DNA of 63,561 nucleotides, filler included, from Eubacteriales bacterium (GCA_045636665.1; 6 parts of 6 records of this genome joined end to end with filler, not necessarily neighbours in it); one strand, 5' to 3'; positions 41,678 to 51,528 are shown, numbered from the whole stretch's first letter. Notes: generated by a model from the letters alone, not told the origin. Made by a program: numbers and translations.

Positions 41678-42400
41678 TTAAAAGCTCACTCCGCCGCCGC
41701 GTGAACCGCCTCTGCCGCCTCGAGCGCCGCCCGAATTGTTCTTCGGACGGGCAACGCGTGTGACGGTCGAATAAAGATAAAGGTCACGGCTGTGCTTGAG
41801 GTTGAAGCTTCCGCTTCTTATGTATTCGCGCGCGTTGGCTTGGTAGCGCACGCTTTTAAGCTTGCTTTTCATCGACGAGGTTACCAAAAACGCAATTATC
41901 AAGCCGATGATTAAGGCGATGGCGATATTGCGAAGCCACGGAAAGCTGAGCTTACCGTCGACCAAATCGACAAACTGCGTGCAAGCTTGGGCATAGCTGT
42001 TATTTTTCAATGCGGGAACGAGCTCCTCGAGTAAAACAGTACCCTCGGGAAGACGCTTTTCGCCGAAAAATTCGATATAAGCCCTGCGCTCGGCTTTGAA
42101 AATAACGAGTATCACGCCCGATTTCTCTTCGCCCATACCGTATCCGCCCTTGCGGAATGCATCACGCGCGAAAGCCGCTTCGCTTTGGTAATTTCCGATC
42201 GTATCAACGTTCATTATAACGACGTCGTATTCAAATTCATAGCTTATATCGTCAAGTATTTTCGCTATCCGGTTATCTTCGACGGCTGTTAAAAGATCTG
42301 CCCCGTCGAAAAGCCGCGATTTGCTGTCGTTAGCCGACACGTTAAATGCAAAAAGGAAAACGAACAGCATACACAAAATGCAAATTGACAATCTTTTCAT
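41678..42400 (-). CDS. TPM-domain membrane protein (YdjH-like)
   Basis: Signal peptide, D.ADLLT, TM segment, RDLYLYSTVTR, Gly-rich tail. Confidence 0.85.
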   Translation of the reverse strand: MKRLSICILCMLFVFLFAFNVSANDSKSRLFDGADLLTAVEDNRIAKILDDISYEFEYDVVIMNVDTIGNYQSEAAFARDAFRKGGYGMGEEKSGVILVIFKAERRAYIEFFGEKRLPEGTVLLEELVPALKNNSYAQACTQFVDLVDGKLSFPWLRNIAIALIIGLIIAFLVTSSMKSKLKSVRYQANAREYIRSGSFNLKHSRDLYLYSTVTRVARPKNNSGGARGGRGGSRGGGVSF

Positions 42401-42412
42401 ATCCCTACCCCC

Positions 42413-43498
42413 TTACATCAACCAGAAAAGGTAGGTTGCGGCAAACGCAACCGCCGCACTTCCAAGCGTCAAGCCCAAAAGCCAGCGCGCGTAAGCGCCC
42501 TTGTCTACGGGAAGGTCGCCGACGAATTTGCCGGTTTGACCGTTCATTGCAAAAACGTATTTTTTGTCCTCAAACGTGGTGGTCAACAGCCAAACGGGGA
42601 AAAGCGCATATTTTGCCGTTCCGTTTTTAAGACGCACGTTCACCGATTGGGGGATGACCGAATGATAACCGATTACCGTATCGGCAAGCGCCTGCTCGGT
42701 CGAACGGCGCACGCGGTCGTTTGCACGGGTTATGCTTTGCTCGGCATCGACGTCGTATTTATCGGCAAGATAGCCTGCAAGATAAGCCGTTTGGAAATCG
42801 ACGGCTTCCGAAAAATCAAACGGCTCCAACGATTCCATAAGGTCGTCCGCCATTTTCGAGCTTCCGTCGACGGGGATGCGGTTGAACCCCATTTCACCGC
42901 CTCGGGTTATCGAATAAAAGCTTGTTTTCGTGTAGGTGTAATTGGAATCTGCCCAGCTTACCATTCGCGTTGCGCGATAACGCGCGTCGGCATCCGCATC
43001 GGCATCGAAAAGCCAAAAGGGAACGTAAACGCCCTTTATTTCGTCAATGCGGTTCTTATCCTTAAATATTTTGGGAAGCAGAGCTTTTCCGCTGATATGC
43101 TTGAGAAGACCTGCCTTTGCTTCCTCTTTGTTCAATTTAAAGGGAATTACGTAATCGGGGCGCAGCATACCCGAAAACTGCTCCTTCATAACGACGGGGT
43201 TATCGCAATAGGGGCATTTCGTTGCGGCAAGCGTTTCATCGCCGATTATCTCGCCGCCGCAGGATTGACAAACGTAGGTACGGATGCCCTGCGTTTCGCC
43301 CTCCTGCCACTCGCCGCCTGCTTCGGTTTCCCACGAAAGGTCTTCACTGCCCTCGGAATTAAGGTCCTCGTCATAGGAAAGAAGGGTTTCGACCTCAAAT
43401 TCGGTATCGCAGTAAGGGCACTTCATTTTTTGGATGTCGCTGTCAAACGATATCGCGCCGCCGCAACAGGGACATTTATATTCTTGAAGGTTAGCCAT
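42413..43498 (-). CDS. Zinc-ribbon membrane protein (YdjG-like)
   Basis: Four CxxC pairs, VYVPFWLF, PVW, MNGQTGK, C-terminal TM. Confidence 0.85.
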   Translation of the reverse strand: MANLQEYKCPCCGGAISFDSDIQKMKCPYCDTEFEVETLLSYDEDLNSEGSEDLSWETEAGGEWQEGETQGIRTYVCQSCGGEIIGDETLAATKCPYCDNPVVMKEQFSGMLRPDYVIPFKLNKEEAKAGLLKHISGKALLPKIFKDKNRIDEIKGVYVPFWLFDADADADARYRATRMVSWADSNYTYTKTSFYSITRGGEMGFNRIPVDGSSKMADDLMESLEPFDFSEAVDFQTAYLAGYLADKYDVDAEQSITRANDRVRRSTEQALADTVIGYHSVIPQSVNVRLKNGTAKYALFPVWLLTTTFEDKKYVFAMNGQTGKFVGDLPVDKGAYARWLLGLTLGSAAVAFAATYLFWLM

Positions 43499-43511
43499 TG
43501 GGATTTACCTC

Positions 43512-44825
43512 TCAGCCGACGATATCGCCGTTATCGAAGGCATCTCCGCATTCGGGACAGAATTTCGGCGGGTTGCTTCCCTTTTCGGGCTCGAAGCCGC
43601 ACTTGTCGCATTTATACTGAATTGCTCCCAACGGCTTTTTCGCGCCGCATTCCGAGCAGAACTTTCCTTTGTTGGTTGCGCCGCAGGAGCAAACCCAGCC
43701 GTCCTCGGGCTTCTTTGCTCCGCATTCGGTGCAGAATTTACCGTTGCAGGTCGCGCCGCAGGTGCATTTCCAGCCCGAAGCGGTTTGTTGCACGGGCGAG
43801 GGTTGAGCGTTTTGCTGATTTGCGCCCATTGCGAAAAGGTTCTGAGCGTTAACTCCGCCTGCGTTCATCGCCATTCCCATACCCATAAATCCGGTCATCG
43901 CGCCTGCATCGTTTTGAGCCGCGGACTTCATCGCGTCTGCCTGAGCGCCGACCAAGGTTGCCGCCGCCATGGTGGGGTCGCGCATAATTGCGGTGCGCTG
44001 TGCCTGCTTGATCATTTCGGCATCGTCATCGGGAAGCGTTACCGAGCCGAGCGCAACGCTCACAACGGTAAGTCCGCGCAGCTCTCCCCATTTTGCCGAA
44101 AGTGCCTTGTTCATCGCATCCTCAAGCTCGGTGTTGTGCGTGATTATTTGGTTGGGACGAAGCTCAAGCTCGCTCAATCTGCCGAAAGCAGGCTGAAGCG
44201 CGCTTATAAATTCCGCCTTTAACTGCGATTCAAGCTCGTAACGGGTATATTTTTCTTCGACGTTTCCGCAAACGTTGGTGTAGAAAAGCAGGGGGTTTTC
44301 GATCTTGTAGGAATAAACGCCCGAGCAACGAAGCGAAACGTCGACGTCAAGACCGATTTTGCTGTCGACAACGCGGAAGGGAATGGGGTTCGGTGTGCCG
44401 AATTTGTTATCGACCAATTCCTTCGTGTTGAAATAGTAAACGCGCTGGTCCTTTCCGGTGTCGCCGCCGTAGGTAAAGCGCTTGCCGATGGTTTTAAAGG
44501 TATCCAAAATACCCTTGCCCAAGGGGCCGCTGAAAATACTCGGCTCGCTCGAGGTATCATAGGTATACTGTCCCGGCTCGGCGCAAACCTCGACAACGCG
44601 TCCCTGCTCGACAATCATCATACACTGACCGTCGGCAACCGCGATTCCCGAGCCGTTTGAAATAACGTTATCGTGTCCCTTTGTGTTGGAGCTTCTGCCG
44701 TTTACCTGCTTTTGTCCTCTTACGGCAAGAACGTCCTTATCCAACGAATCGCAATAGAAAAATTCCTTCCACTGATCGGCAAGCGTTCCGCCGAGAGCGC
44801 CGAAAGCGGCTTTAATAAGTCCCAT
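43512..44825 (-). CDS. SPFH-domain protein with C-terminal zinc ribbons (YdjI-like)
   Basis: LADQWKE, ISNGS.IAV, KFGTPNPIPF, repeated WxCxCG...FCxECG. Confidence 0.87.
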   Translation of the reverse strand: MGLIKAAFGALGGTLADQWKEFFYCDSLDKDVLAVRGQKQVNGRSSNTKGHDNVISNGSGIAVADGQCMMIVEQGRVVEVCAEPGQYTYDTSSEPSIFSGPLGKGILDTFKTIGKRFTYGGDTGKDQRVYYFNTKELVDNKFGTPNPIPFRVVDSKIGLDVDVSLRCSGVYSYKIENPLLFYTNVCGNVEEKYTRYELESQLKAEFISALQPAFGRLSELELRPNQIITHNTELEDAMNKALSAKWGELRGLTVVSVALGSVTLPDDDAEMIKQAQRTAIMRDPTMAAATLVGAQADAMKSAAQNDAGAMTGFMGMGMAMNAGGVNAQNLFAMGANQQNAQPSPVQQTASGWKCTCGATCNGKFCTECGAKKPEDGWVCSCGATNKGKFCSECGAKKPLGAIQYKCDKCGFEPEKGSNPPKFCPECGDAFDNGDIVG

Positions 44826-44861
44826 TATAATATCCTCCTATACTGTGTTTATCTCTGTTTA

Positions 44862-45524
44862 TCATTTAACGGTAAGCTTTTCGATAGCCGAGTTATCTCC
44901 TGCAACCACCAAAAGCTCGTTTTCAACAAATTTACGGTTGGGGTCGGCAAGAAGCTCAAATTCCTCGCCGTCCTCGGTCGCTACGGCAATAACGTTTACG
45001 TTATGCTTTTTACGCACGTCGGCTTCGATGACCGTTTTGCCTACCCAGCCCTTGGGCGCGACTATTTCGGCAATGGCAAAGCCGCCCGACGGAGCGAAAT
45101 AATCCACCATTCCGCGGCGTGAAAGCGTATAAGCGAGCTTTGTACCCGATTCCTTTTCGGGAAGCACGACAAAATCGGCGCCGACCTTCAAAAGCACCTT
45201 CTTTTGGCGCTCGTCGGTCGCGCGGACAACAATCTTCTTTATGCCCAGCTCCTTCAAAAGCAGGGTGATAAGAATGCTGTCGGAAAGGTTGTTTTCCATA
45301 CATATTACCGCGCAATCGCAATTCTTTACCCCTGCGGCGCGAAGCACCGCTTCGTTTGTGGCGTCGCCGCATATTGCGTTTGATACCTTATCGCCCACAA
45401 AATCTATTTTTTCCTGCGTTTCATCGATAATAAGCACCGATTGCTTTGTTTTTGCAAGCGTCAGCGCAAGATTCATTCCGAAATTGCCCAAGCCGATAAC
45501 ACAAATAGCTTTAGCTGCACTCAT
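44862..45524 (-). CDS. Trk/Ktr potassium uptake RCK subunit
   Basis: VIGLGNFG, GDATNE, VGADFVVLPE. Confidence 0.92.
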   Translation of the reverse strand: MSAAKAICVIGLGNFGMNLALTLAKTKQSVLIIDETQEKIDFVGDKVSNAICGDATNEAVLRAAGVKNCDCAVICMENNLSDSILITLLLKELGIKKIVVRATDERQKKVLLKVGADFVVLPEKESGTKLAYTLSRRGMVDYFAPSGGFAIAEIVAPKGWVGKTVIEADVRKKHNVNVIAVATEDGEEFELLADPNRKFVENELLVVAGDNSAIEKLTVK

Positions 45525-45546
45525 TTTATTTTTACCCTCTCTTTCA

Positions 45547-46893
45547 TCAACCTATCGGCATACCCATTCTTGGGAAGCTTATATGCGGCTTTTCGCGATT
45601 TGTTCGCACCATTACCGCATACATTACCGAGGTTATTCCTATACGTCCGAAAAACATCAGACATATTATCAACAATTTGCCGAACACCGAAAGCGTCGGT
45701 GTTATTCCGACCGTTATTCCGACCGTTCCGAAGGCGGAAAATACCTCGAAGAAGGAATCACTAAGCGAAACGCCCTCCGAAGCGGAAAGCGCAAAGCCGC
45801 CGATCGCAACGACGGTGATACCGATTGAAAACAGCGCGTAAGCTCTGCGAACGGCATCGTTATCTATCCTTCTTCTTCTCATCACGGTGTCGCGTTCACC
45901 GCGGATTATGCTTACGGTCGATGCACAGACGACGGCAAGCGTGCCGACCTTTATACCGCCTGCGGTCGAACCCGAATTTCCGCCGATAAACATAAGTATC
46001 ATCGAAAACAGTCTTGTTCCCTCGCCCAATGCCGCCTGATCGACAGCCGCAAAGCCCGCGGTTCTTAAGGTGACCGATTGGAAGAGCGAACGCAATATTT
46101 TTGCCCAAGCGTTACCTTCGCCGAGAAGCGCTTGATTGCTCCATTCCGAAACGGCAATAACCGCCGCGCCGCCCAACACCAAAACGGCGGTAAGCGCAAG
46201 AACGATTTTCGAGTATGCCGATATTCGTTCGCGGCTTTTGAGCCAATGGAAAATATCATCCCATACGATAAAGCCGAGACCGCCTGCAAGAACAAGCGCG
46301 GACAGAACAAGCATTACATAGGTATCGTCGGCATAATGGGCAACGCTTTGAAATTCTCCGAACTCGCCTCCCAAAATGTCAAAGCCCGCATTGCAAAATG
46401 CGCTTATCGAATGGAATATGCTGTAAAGCAGACCCTTTAAAAAGCCGAACTGAGGAATAAACCTGAACGATAACAGCAAAGCGCCCAAGCCCTCGGCGGT
46501 AAACGCGAAGGCGGTGACCCGATGGGCAAAGGTCGCAAGGTCGGAATAGGGGTCGAGGTTCATCGATTGAGTAAACAAAAGCTGCTCACGCGGAGAAACT
46601 CTTCGCTTAAGCAAAGAGGAAAAGACCATCGCAAGCGACATAAAGCCCAAGCCGCCGACCTGAATAAGCATAATTATAACGCCTTTTCCGAATGCCGACC
46701 AATAAACGCCTGTATCGACGGTTATCAAGCCCGTAACACAGCTTGCGCTGGTTGCGGTAAAGAGCGCATCGAGCGGATTTGTAAATTCGTTTTTTGCAGA
46801 GGAAAAGGGCATAACGAGAAGAAGCGTTCCAAGCAATATCAACGCCAAAAATCCGAAAATTATTACGTTTGTGGGTGACATCCTTTTTTTCAA
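45547..46893 (-). CDS. Trk/Ktr potassium uptake membrane subunit
   Basis: SASCVTGL, SAFCNAGF, RTAGF, GSTAGGIK, SAFGTVG; probable TTG start 46893 after GGAGAGG. Confidence 0.92.
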   Translation of the reverse strand: MKKRMSPTNVIIFGFLALILLGTLLLVMPFSSAKNEFTNPLDALFTATSASCVTGLITVDTGVYWSAFGKGVIIMLIQVGGLGFMSLAMVFSSLLKRRVSPREQLLFTQSMNLDPYSDLATFAHRVTAFAFTAEGLGALLLSFRFIPQFGFLKGLLYSIFHSISAFCNAGFDILGGEFGEFQSVAHYADDTYVMLVLSALVLAGGLGFIVWDDIFHWLKSRERISAYSKIVLALTAVLVLGGAAVIAVSEWSNQALLGEGNAWAKILRSLFQSVTLRTAGFAAVDQAALGEGTRLFSMILMFIGGNSGSTAGGIKVGTLAVVCASTVSIIRGERDTVMRRRRIDNDAVRRAYALFSIGITVVAIGGFALSASEGVSLSDSFFEVFSAFGTVGITVGITPTLSVFGKLLIICLMFFGRIGITSVMYAVMVRTNREKPHISFPRMGMPIG

Positions 46894-46965
46894 GCTTTTC
46901 CTCTCCCTTTCCTGAAAAAATAAGTGAAAACGGCGCAGTGCACCATCGTGCAATACGCCGTTAAT

Positions 46966-47625
46966 TCAAAGCTTTTGTAATTCCCGACGTAAAGACTCAA
47001 CGTCTGATACGGGTTGTATGCCGCATTCTTCAAGCAAGCGGCTCGGATCGGTATAGCCGTAACCGATCGGCAGAAAATCGATATTTGCGTTTTTTGCCAG
47101 ATTCATATCCGCCATACCGTCGCCGACAATTAACGCCTCGTCGGGCGTAAAGCCGAATTGCTCGAGTATCGAAAGCGCAACTTGGGGATTCGGCTTGCGG
47201 TCGGTATCGGCCCTGACACCGCGAACAAGCGCAAAGCGGTCGCCGAAATAATGCTTTATCATCGGGACAGCGTTTTTATCGTCCTTATTTGTAAGAACGA
47301 CCGAAGCAATTCCCTTTTCGTTAAGCATATCGATAATTTCGGCAATGCCGTCATAGGGCTTGGTTTGATCGAGCATACATTTTTCGTACTCGGCACGGAA
47401 ATGGGTTCGCACCTCTTTGCAAAATTCGTCGTCACCTCCGTTTTGAAGCGAACGGCGAATAAGCATTAAAGACCCGTTACCGAGAAAGCTTTTCACCTCG
47501 TCGACAGTCCTTTGCGGATTGTGATAAAGGGCAAGCGCGTAATTCACCGCCGCCGCTATATCGCAAATCGTATCGAGAACAGTGCCGTCGAGGTCGAAAA
47601 TAATTATTTTTTTATTTGACTTCAT
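46966..47625 (-). CDS. HAD-family hydrolase (phosphoglycolate phosphatase-like)
   Basis: FDLDGT, TNK, RKPNP, VGDG; probable start MKSNKK. Confidence 0.9.
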   Translation of the reverse strand: MKSNKKIIIFDLDGTVLDTICDIAAAVNYALALYHNPQRTVDEVKSFLGNGSLMLIRRSLQNGGDDEFCKEVRTHFRAEYEKCMLDQTKPYDGIAEIIDMLNEKGIASVVLTNKDDKNAVPMIKHYFGDRFALVRGVRADTDRKPNPQVALSILEQFGFTPDEALIVGDGMADMNLAKNANIDFLPIGYGYTDPSRLLEECGIQPVSDVESLRRELQKL

Positions 47626-47842
47626 TGTCGATGAAGTCTGCAACGTCCTTAACGGTGCGAAGTCCGGTTGCATCATCGGGGATGATGATGTCGAGCTCAT
47701 CCTCAAGAGTCATAAGCATTTCCACGATATCAAGACTGTCCGCGCCGAGGTCTTCAACGATAGCCGCATCGTCTGCGATTTCGGAAGCTTCAATACGGAG
47801 CTGCTTTGCAATTACTGCCTTTACTCTTTCAATCATTTGCAT
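47612..47842 (-). CDS. acpP: Acyl carrier protein
   Basis: DLGADSLDIVE phosphopantetheine motif. Confidence 0.95.
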   Translation of the reverse strand: MQMIERVKAVIAKQLRIEASEIADDAAIVEDLGADSLDIVEMLMTLEDELDIIIPDDATGLRTVKDVADFIDNEVK

Positions 47843-47925
47843 AATAAATAATTCCTTTCTGTTTAAGAAAAATTAACCTTTGCTTATTTTTACAATCCTA
47901 TAATAATAGATAGTTTGAAAAAAAA

Positions 47926-48218
47926 CAATAGTGTTTTTAGATTTTTTACAATTTCATATTTTTCGGCGACATGCGCGTCGAAAAATATACCTTGGAGCAT
48001 CGCGAGTGTCGAGTACGAAGTACGAGGCGCGAGGCGAGAGCACACGATGCTCACAAAACCCGCCGCGGCGACCCACGGGGCGCTTGTCATTTTTGGGGTG
48101 ATTCAACGGGGTCCCCGAAAATGCTTGCCATTTTTGGGGTGATTCAACGGGGGTCCCCGAAAAATGCGAAGCGTTTTTTGGGGATTTCCCAATAGTGTTT
48201 TTAGATTTTTTACAATTT
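47926..48218. mobile_element. Composite structured element (47955-48189) between perfect 29-bp direct repeats
   Basis: CAATAGTGTTTTTAGATTTTTTACAATTT at 47926-47954 and 48190-48218; palindromic interior. Confidence 0.65.
48083..48185. repeat. Tandem REP-like units of about 41 bp
   Basis: CTTGyCATTTTTGGGGTGATTCAACGGGGTCCCCGAAAATG twice plus a partial third copy. Confidence 0.85.
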
Positions 48219-48334
48219 GTAGGTTAAATGAATGTTAATTCGGTTGACGGACCGAAAAAAATATGTTAAAATACACTGATTAAATATATAATGTAGAAAT
48301 ATATATAAAAGCACTTCGTTTTTGGCGGTGGATT

Positions 48335-48814
48335 ATGCTTATATTGGGGATCGATCCGGGGTTGGCGACGATCGGCTTCGGGTTGGTTATGAAAAGCGGC
48401 GATAAATACCGCGCAATTGAATACGGCGCGATAACGACCGCGCCCAAGCAGATGATTGAAAAGCGGCTTGAAGAAATTTACGATTCAATGGTCGAGCTGT
48501 TAAAAAAATGCAAGCCCGATTGTATGGTTATCGAGGAGCTGTTTTTCAACAACAACATCACCACGGCAATCGACGTATCGATGGCAAGAGGCGTTATTTT
48601 GCTTGCGGCGCAAAAATGCGGAGTCGATATTTACGAATACACACCGCTTGAGGTGAAAAGCTCGGTCGTCGGATATGGCAGAGCCGAAAAACAGCAGGTT
48701 CAATATATGGTCCGCTTAATGCTCGGTCTTAACGAAACGCCCAAGCCCGACGATACCGCCGATGCGCTTGCACTTGCGCTTTGCCACGGAACGAGAATCA
48801 CGAACTACCGATAA
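48335..48814 (+). CDS. ruvC: Holliday junction resolvase
   Basis: ILGIDPG, IEELFF, GYGRAEK, DDTADALA. Confidence 0.97.
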   Translation: MLILGIDPGLATIGFGLVMKSGDKYRAIEYGAITTAPKQMIEKRLEEIYDSMVELLKKCKPDCMVIEELFFNNNITTAIDVSMARGVILLAAQKCGVDIYEYTPLEVKSSVVGYGRAEKQQVQYMVRLMLGLNETPKPDDTADALALALCHGTRITNYR

Positions 48815-48837
48815 GGTAACGCTTGAGGAGATAAAAA

Positions 48838-49437
48838 ATGATTCATTTTATACACGGAACTCTCGCATCGCTTACGGCTGATTTTGCCGTTATCGATTGC
48901 GGCGGAGTCGGATTCAAAATGGGAATATCGGTTTCGACCGCATCGAAGCTTTCTGCAAAATCGGGAAAAGACGTGCTTTTATACACATATATGGCGGTAA
49001 GCGAGGATAATATTTCGCTTTACGGCTTTTCGGAGGAGGACGAGCTTAACCTTTTCACAAGGTTGATTTCGGTTTCGGGCATCGGCCCCAAGGCGGGTAT
49101 TTCGATACTCGGCACGTTTTCACCCGATGAGCTTCGCTCTGCCGTCGCAAGCGGTGACGCAAAAACCATTTCGCGCGCACCCGGTATCGGTCTTAAGACC
49201 GCACAAAAGCTTATTATCGAGCTTAAGGATAAAATAACCTCGGACGATATGACCTTTACCGTTTCGGAAACGAACAAGGACCCCGAAAAGATAAGTCAGG
49301 TCATCGACACGCTTGCGCTTTACGGTTTTCCGCGCGCAAAGGTTGCGGATACTCTGAAAAAGCTCGATTCCTCGCTCCCGCTTGAGGAGCTTATTGCTCA
49401 GACCCTGCGCATCTTGGGAAAGGAGGCAGGACGATAA
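48838..49437 (+). CDS. ruvA: Holliday junction branch migration protein
   Basis: LYGF, VSGIGPK, PGIGLKTAQKLIIELKDK. Confidence 0.96.
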   Translation: MIHFIHGTLASLTADFAVIDCGGVGFKMGISVSTASKLSAKSGKDVLLYTYMAVSEDNISLYGFSEEDELNLFTRLISVSGIGPKAGISILGTFSPDELRSAVASGDAKTISRAPGIGLKTAQKLIIELKDKITSDDMTFTVSETNKDPEKISQVIDTLALYGFPRAKVADTLKKLDSSLPLEELIAQTLRILGKEAGR

Positions 49438-50517
49438 ATGCCGATAAATTCAAAAATCCCCGACTATTCCGACGATTTTGATTTTGAAAGCCGAATCACG
49501 GGCGCGGAATTTTCTGCGGAGGATATTGAAAACGAATTTTCCTTGCGACCGAAAACGCTTAACGAATACGTAGGTCAGCAAAAGGTCAAGGACAACCTTT
49601 CGATATTCATAAAAGCCGCTTCGGCAAGAGGCGACAGCCTCGACCACGTTTTGCTTCACGGCCCACCCGGTCTTGGCAAAACCACGCTTTCCTGCATAAT
49701 CGCAGGCGAGCTTGGCGTTAATCTTAAGGTAACGAGCGGCCCTGCCATTGAAAAGGCAGGCGACCTTGCGGCGTTGCTTACGACACTTGAAAGAAACGAT
49801 ATTTTATTTATCGACGAAATACACCGTCTTCCCCGTCAGGTTGAAGAGGTGCTTTACCCTGCGATGGAGGATTTTGCGCTTGACCTTATGATGGGCAAGG
49901 GCCCCTCGGCTCGCTCGATACGTATTCCGCTTAAGCCCTTTACGCTTATCGGCGCAACGACGAGAGCAGGTCAATTATCCTCACCCCTTCGCGACAGATT
50001 CGGTATGTCGTTCAGATTGGAGCTTTATTCTCCCGAGGATCTTGCCCTTATCATCACTCGCTCGGCAGGTATTTTGGGTGTTCCGATAACGGCTGACGGC
50101 GCTTATGAAATTGCGCTCCGTTCGAGAGGCACACCGCGTATCGCCAACAGATTTTTAAAGCGAGTACGCGATTTTGCGATAGTCGAGGGTAACGGAGTTA
50201 TCGATTTCGACATCACTCGCAAGGCACTCGACGCGCTTGAGGTAGATGCGTTGGGACTCGATTCGGTCGACAGAAGAATGCTTACCGCAATAATCAAGCA
50301 TTTCAACGGCGGTCCCGTCGGATTGGAAACGCTTGCGGCGGTAATCGGCGAAGAGGCGATAACGCTTGAAGACGTTTACGAGCCTTATCTGCTTCAGCTC
50401 GGCTTCCTTAACCGCACGCCGCGCGGAAGATGCGCGACCGCGGGCGCATACCGTCACCTTGCACTTGAGGTGCCGATGGGCTTGACCGAGCAGGTCAGCT
50501 TTACCGACGAAATTTAA
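49438..50517 (+). CDS. ruvB: Holliday junction helicase
   Basis: [26 protein letters not shown]. Confidence 0.97.
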   Translation: MPINSKIPDYSDDFDFESRITGAEFSAEDIENEFSLRPKTLNEYVGQQKVKDNLSIFIKAASARGDSLDHVLLHGPPGLGKTTLSCIIAGELGVNLKVTSGPAIEKAGDLAALLTTLERNDILFIDEIHRLPRQVEEVLYPAMEDFALDLMMGKGPSARSIRIPLKPFTLIGATTRAGQLSSPLRDRFGMSFRLELYSPEDLALIITRSAGILGVPITADGAYEIALRSRGTPRIANRFLKRVRDFAIVEGNGVIDFDITRKALDALEVDALGLDSVDRRMLTAIIKHFNGGPVGLETLAAVIGEEAITLEDVYEPYLLQLGFLNRTPRGRCATAGAYRHLALEVPMGLTEQVSFTDEI

Positions 50518-50535
50518 CACAACGGGTGAACTTTT

Positions 50536-51393
50536 ATGTTTGTTGCAAATAATTGGAAAGAATACCGCTTGGTTGATGCAAACGGCGGTGAACGATTGGA
50601 AAAATGGGGCGATTTTACGCTTATACGTCCCGATCCGCAGGTAATATGGAACGGAGAACGCAACCTTTCGGGCTGGAAGAAGGCAGACGGCATCTACCGT
50701 CGCTCACGCTCGGGCGGCGGCGAATGGGTGAAAAAGGACGTGCCCGAGGAATGGGTTATTTCCTACGGCGACCTTAAATTCGGCATTTCTCCGATGGGCT
50801 TTAAGCACACGGGGCTTTTCCCCGAGCAGGCGGCGAATTGGGATTGGTTTTCCAAGCTTATAAAAAACAGCGGAAGAGAGATAAAGCTTTTAAACCTTTT
50901 TGCCTATACGGGCGGCGCAAGCGTTGCGGCGGCAAAGGCAGGCGCGTTCGTTTGCCACGTCGATGCCTCGAAGGGTATCGTTGCAAAGGCAAAGCGCAAC
51001 GCCGAGCTTTCGGAAATACCGCAAAATAAGATTCGCTATATCGTTGACGATTGCTTTAAATTCGTCGCGCGTGAAATAAGACGCGGCAACAAATACGATG
51101 CCGTTATTCTCGACCCGCCCTCATTCGGACGCGGTCCGGGCGGTGAAAAATGGGTTATCGAGGAATGCTTGGACGAGCTTGTGAATTTGGTTTGTCAGGT
51201 GCTTTCCGACGATCCGCTTTTCGTGCTTTTGAACTCCTACACAACGGGACTCTCACCTGCCGCAAACGGATACGTTTTGAGAAAGAACACGCGTCATCTG
51301 GGCGGTACGGTCGACAGTCAGGAAATCGGCTTGCCCGTTGAATCGAGCGGCGAGGTTCTTCCCTGCGGCTCTGCAAGCAGGTGGACACCATAA
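50536..51393 (+). CDS. Class I SAM-dependent methyltransferase (RlmI/YwbD-like)
   Basis: KHTGLFPEQ, LNLFAYTG, ILDPPSF. Confidence 0.9.
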   Translation: MFVANNWKEYRLVDANGGERLEKWGDFTLIRPDPQVIWNGERNLSGWKKADGIYRRSRSGGGEWVKKDVPEEWVISYGDLKFGISPMGFKHTGLFPEQAANWDWFSKLIKNSGREIKLLNLFAYTGGASVAAAKAGAFVCHVDASKGIVAKAKRNAELSEIPQNKIRYIVDDCFKFVAREIRRGNKYDAVILDPPSFGRGPGGEKWVIEECLDELVNLVCQVLSDDPLFVLLNSYTTGLSPAANGYVLRKNTRHLGGTVDSQEIGLPVESSGEVLPCGSASRWTP

Positions 51394-51528
51394 CGCTACG
51401 CTCCCGACACAAAACGCAAGCGTTTTGGTCGATTTTGTGAGTGCCGTGCGCTCGCGCCGTGTTTGTGCGCGCTTCGCTTGTCCAAACACGCGGCACTCTA
51501 AGGTATATTTTTCAAGGCACATGTCCTT
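51394..51528 (-). repeat. Copy 2 of the structured GAAAAATATACCT element (cut by contig end)
   Basis: Reverse complement aligns with 47966-48059 and with the 61481-61633 copy. Confidence 0.8.

Noticed and set aside
46894..46965. c-di-AMP riboswitch upstream of the potassium transporter
   Set aside because: The gap is only about 70 nt and has no recognisable ydaO motif.
48083..48185. Possible mini CRISPR array
   Set aside because: The units are directly tandem with no unique spacers, there are only about 2.5 copies, and no cas genes are present.
47890..48195. Short ORFs over the structured elements (also 132-371 and 51155-52060)
   Set aside because: They are translations of palindromic or RNA sequence with no RBS or protein motifs.
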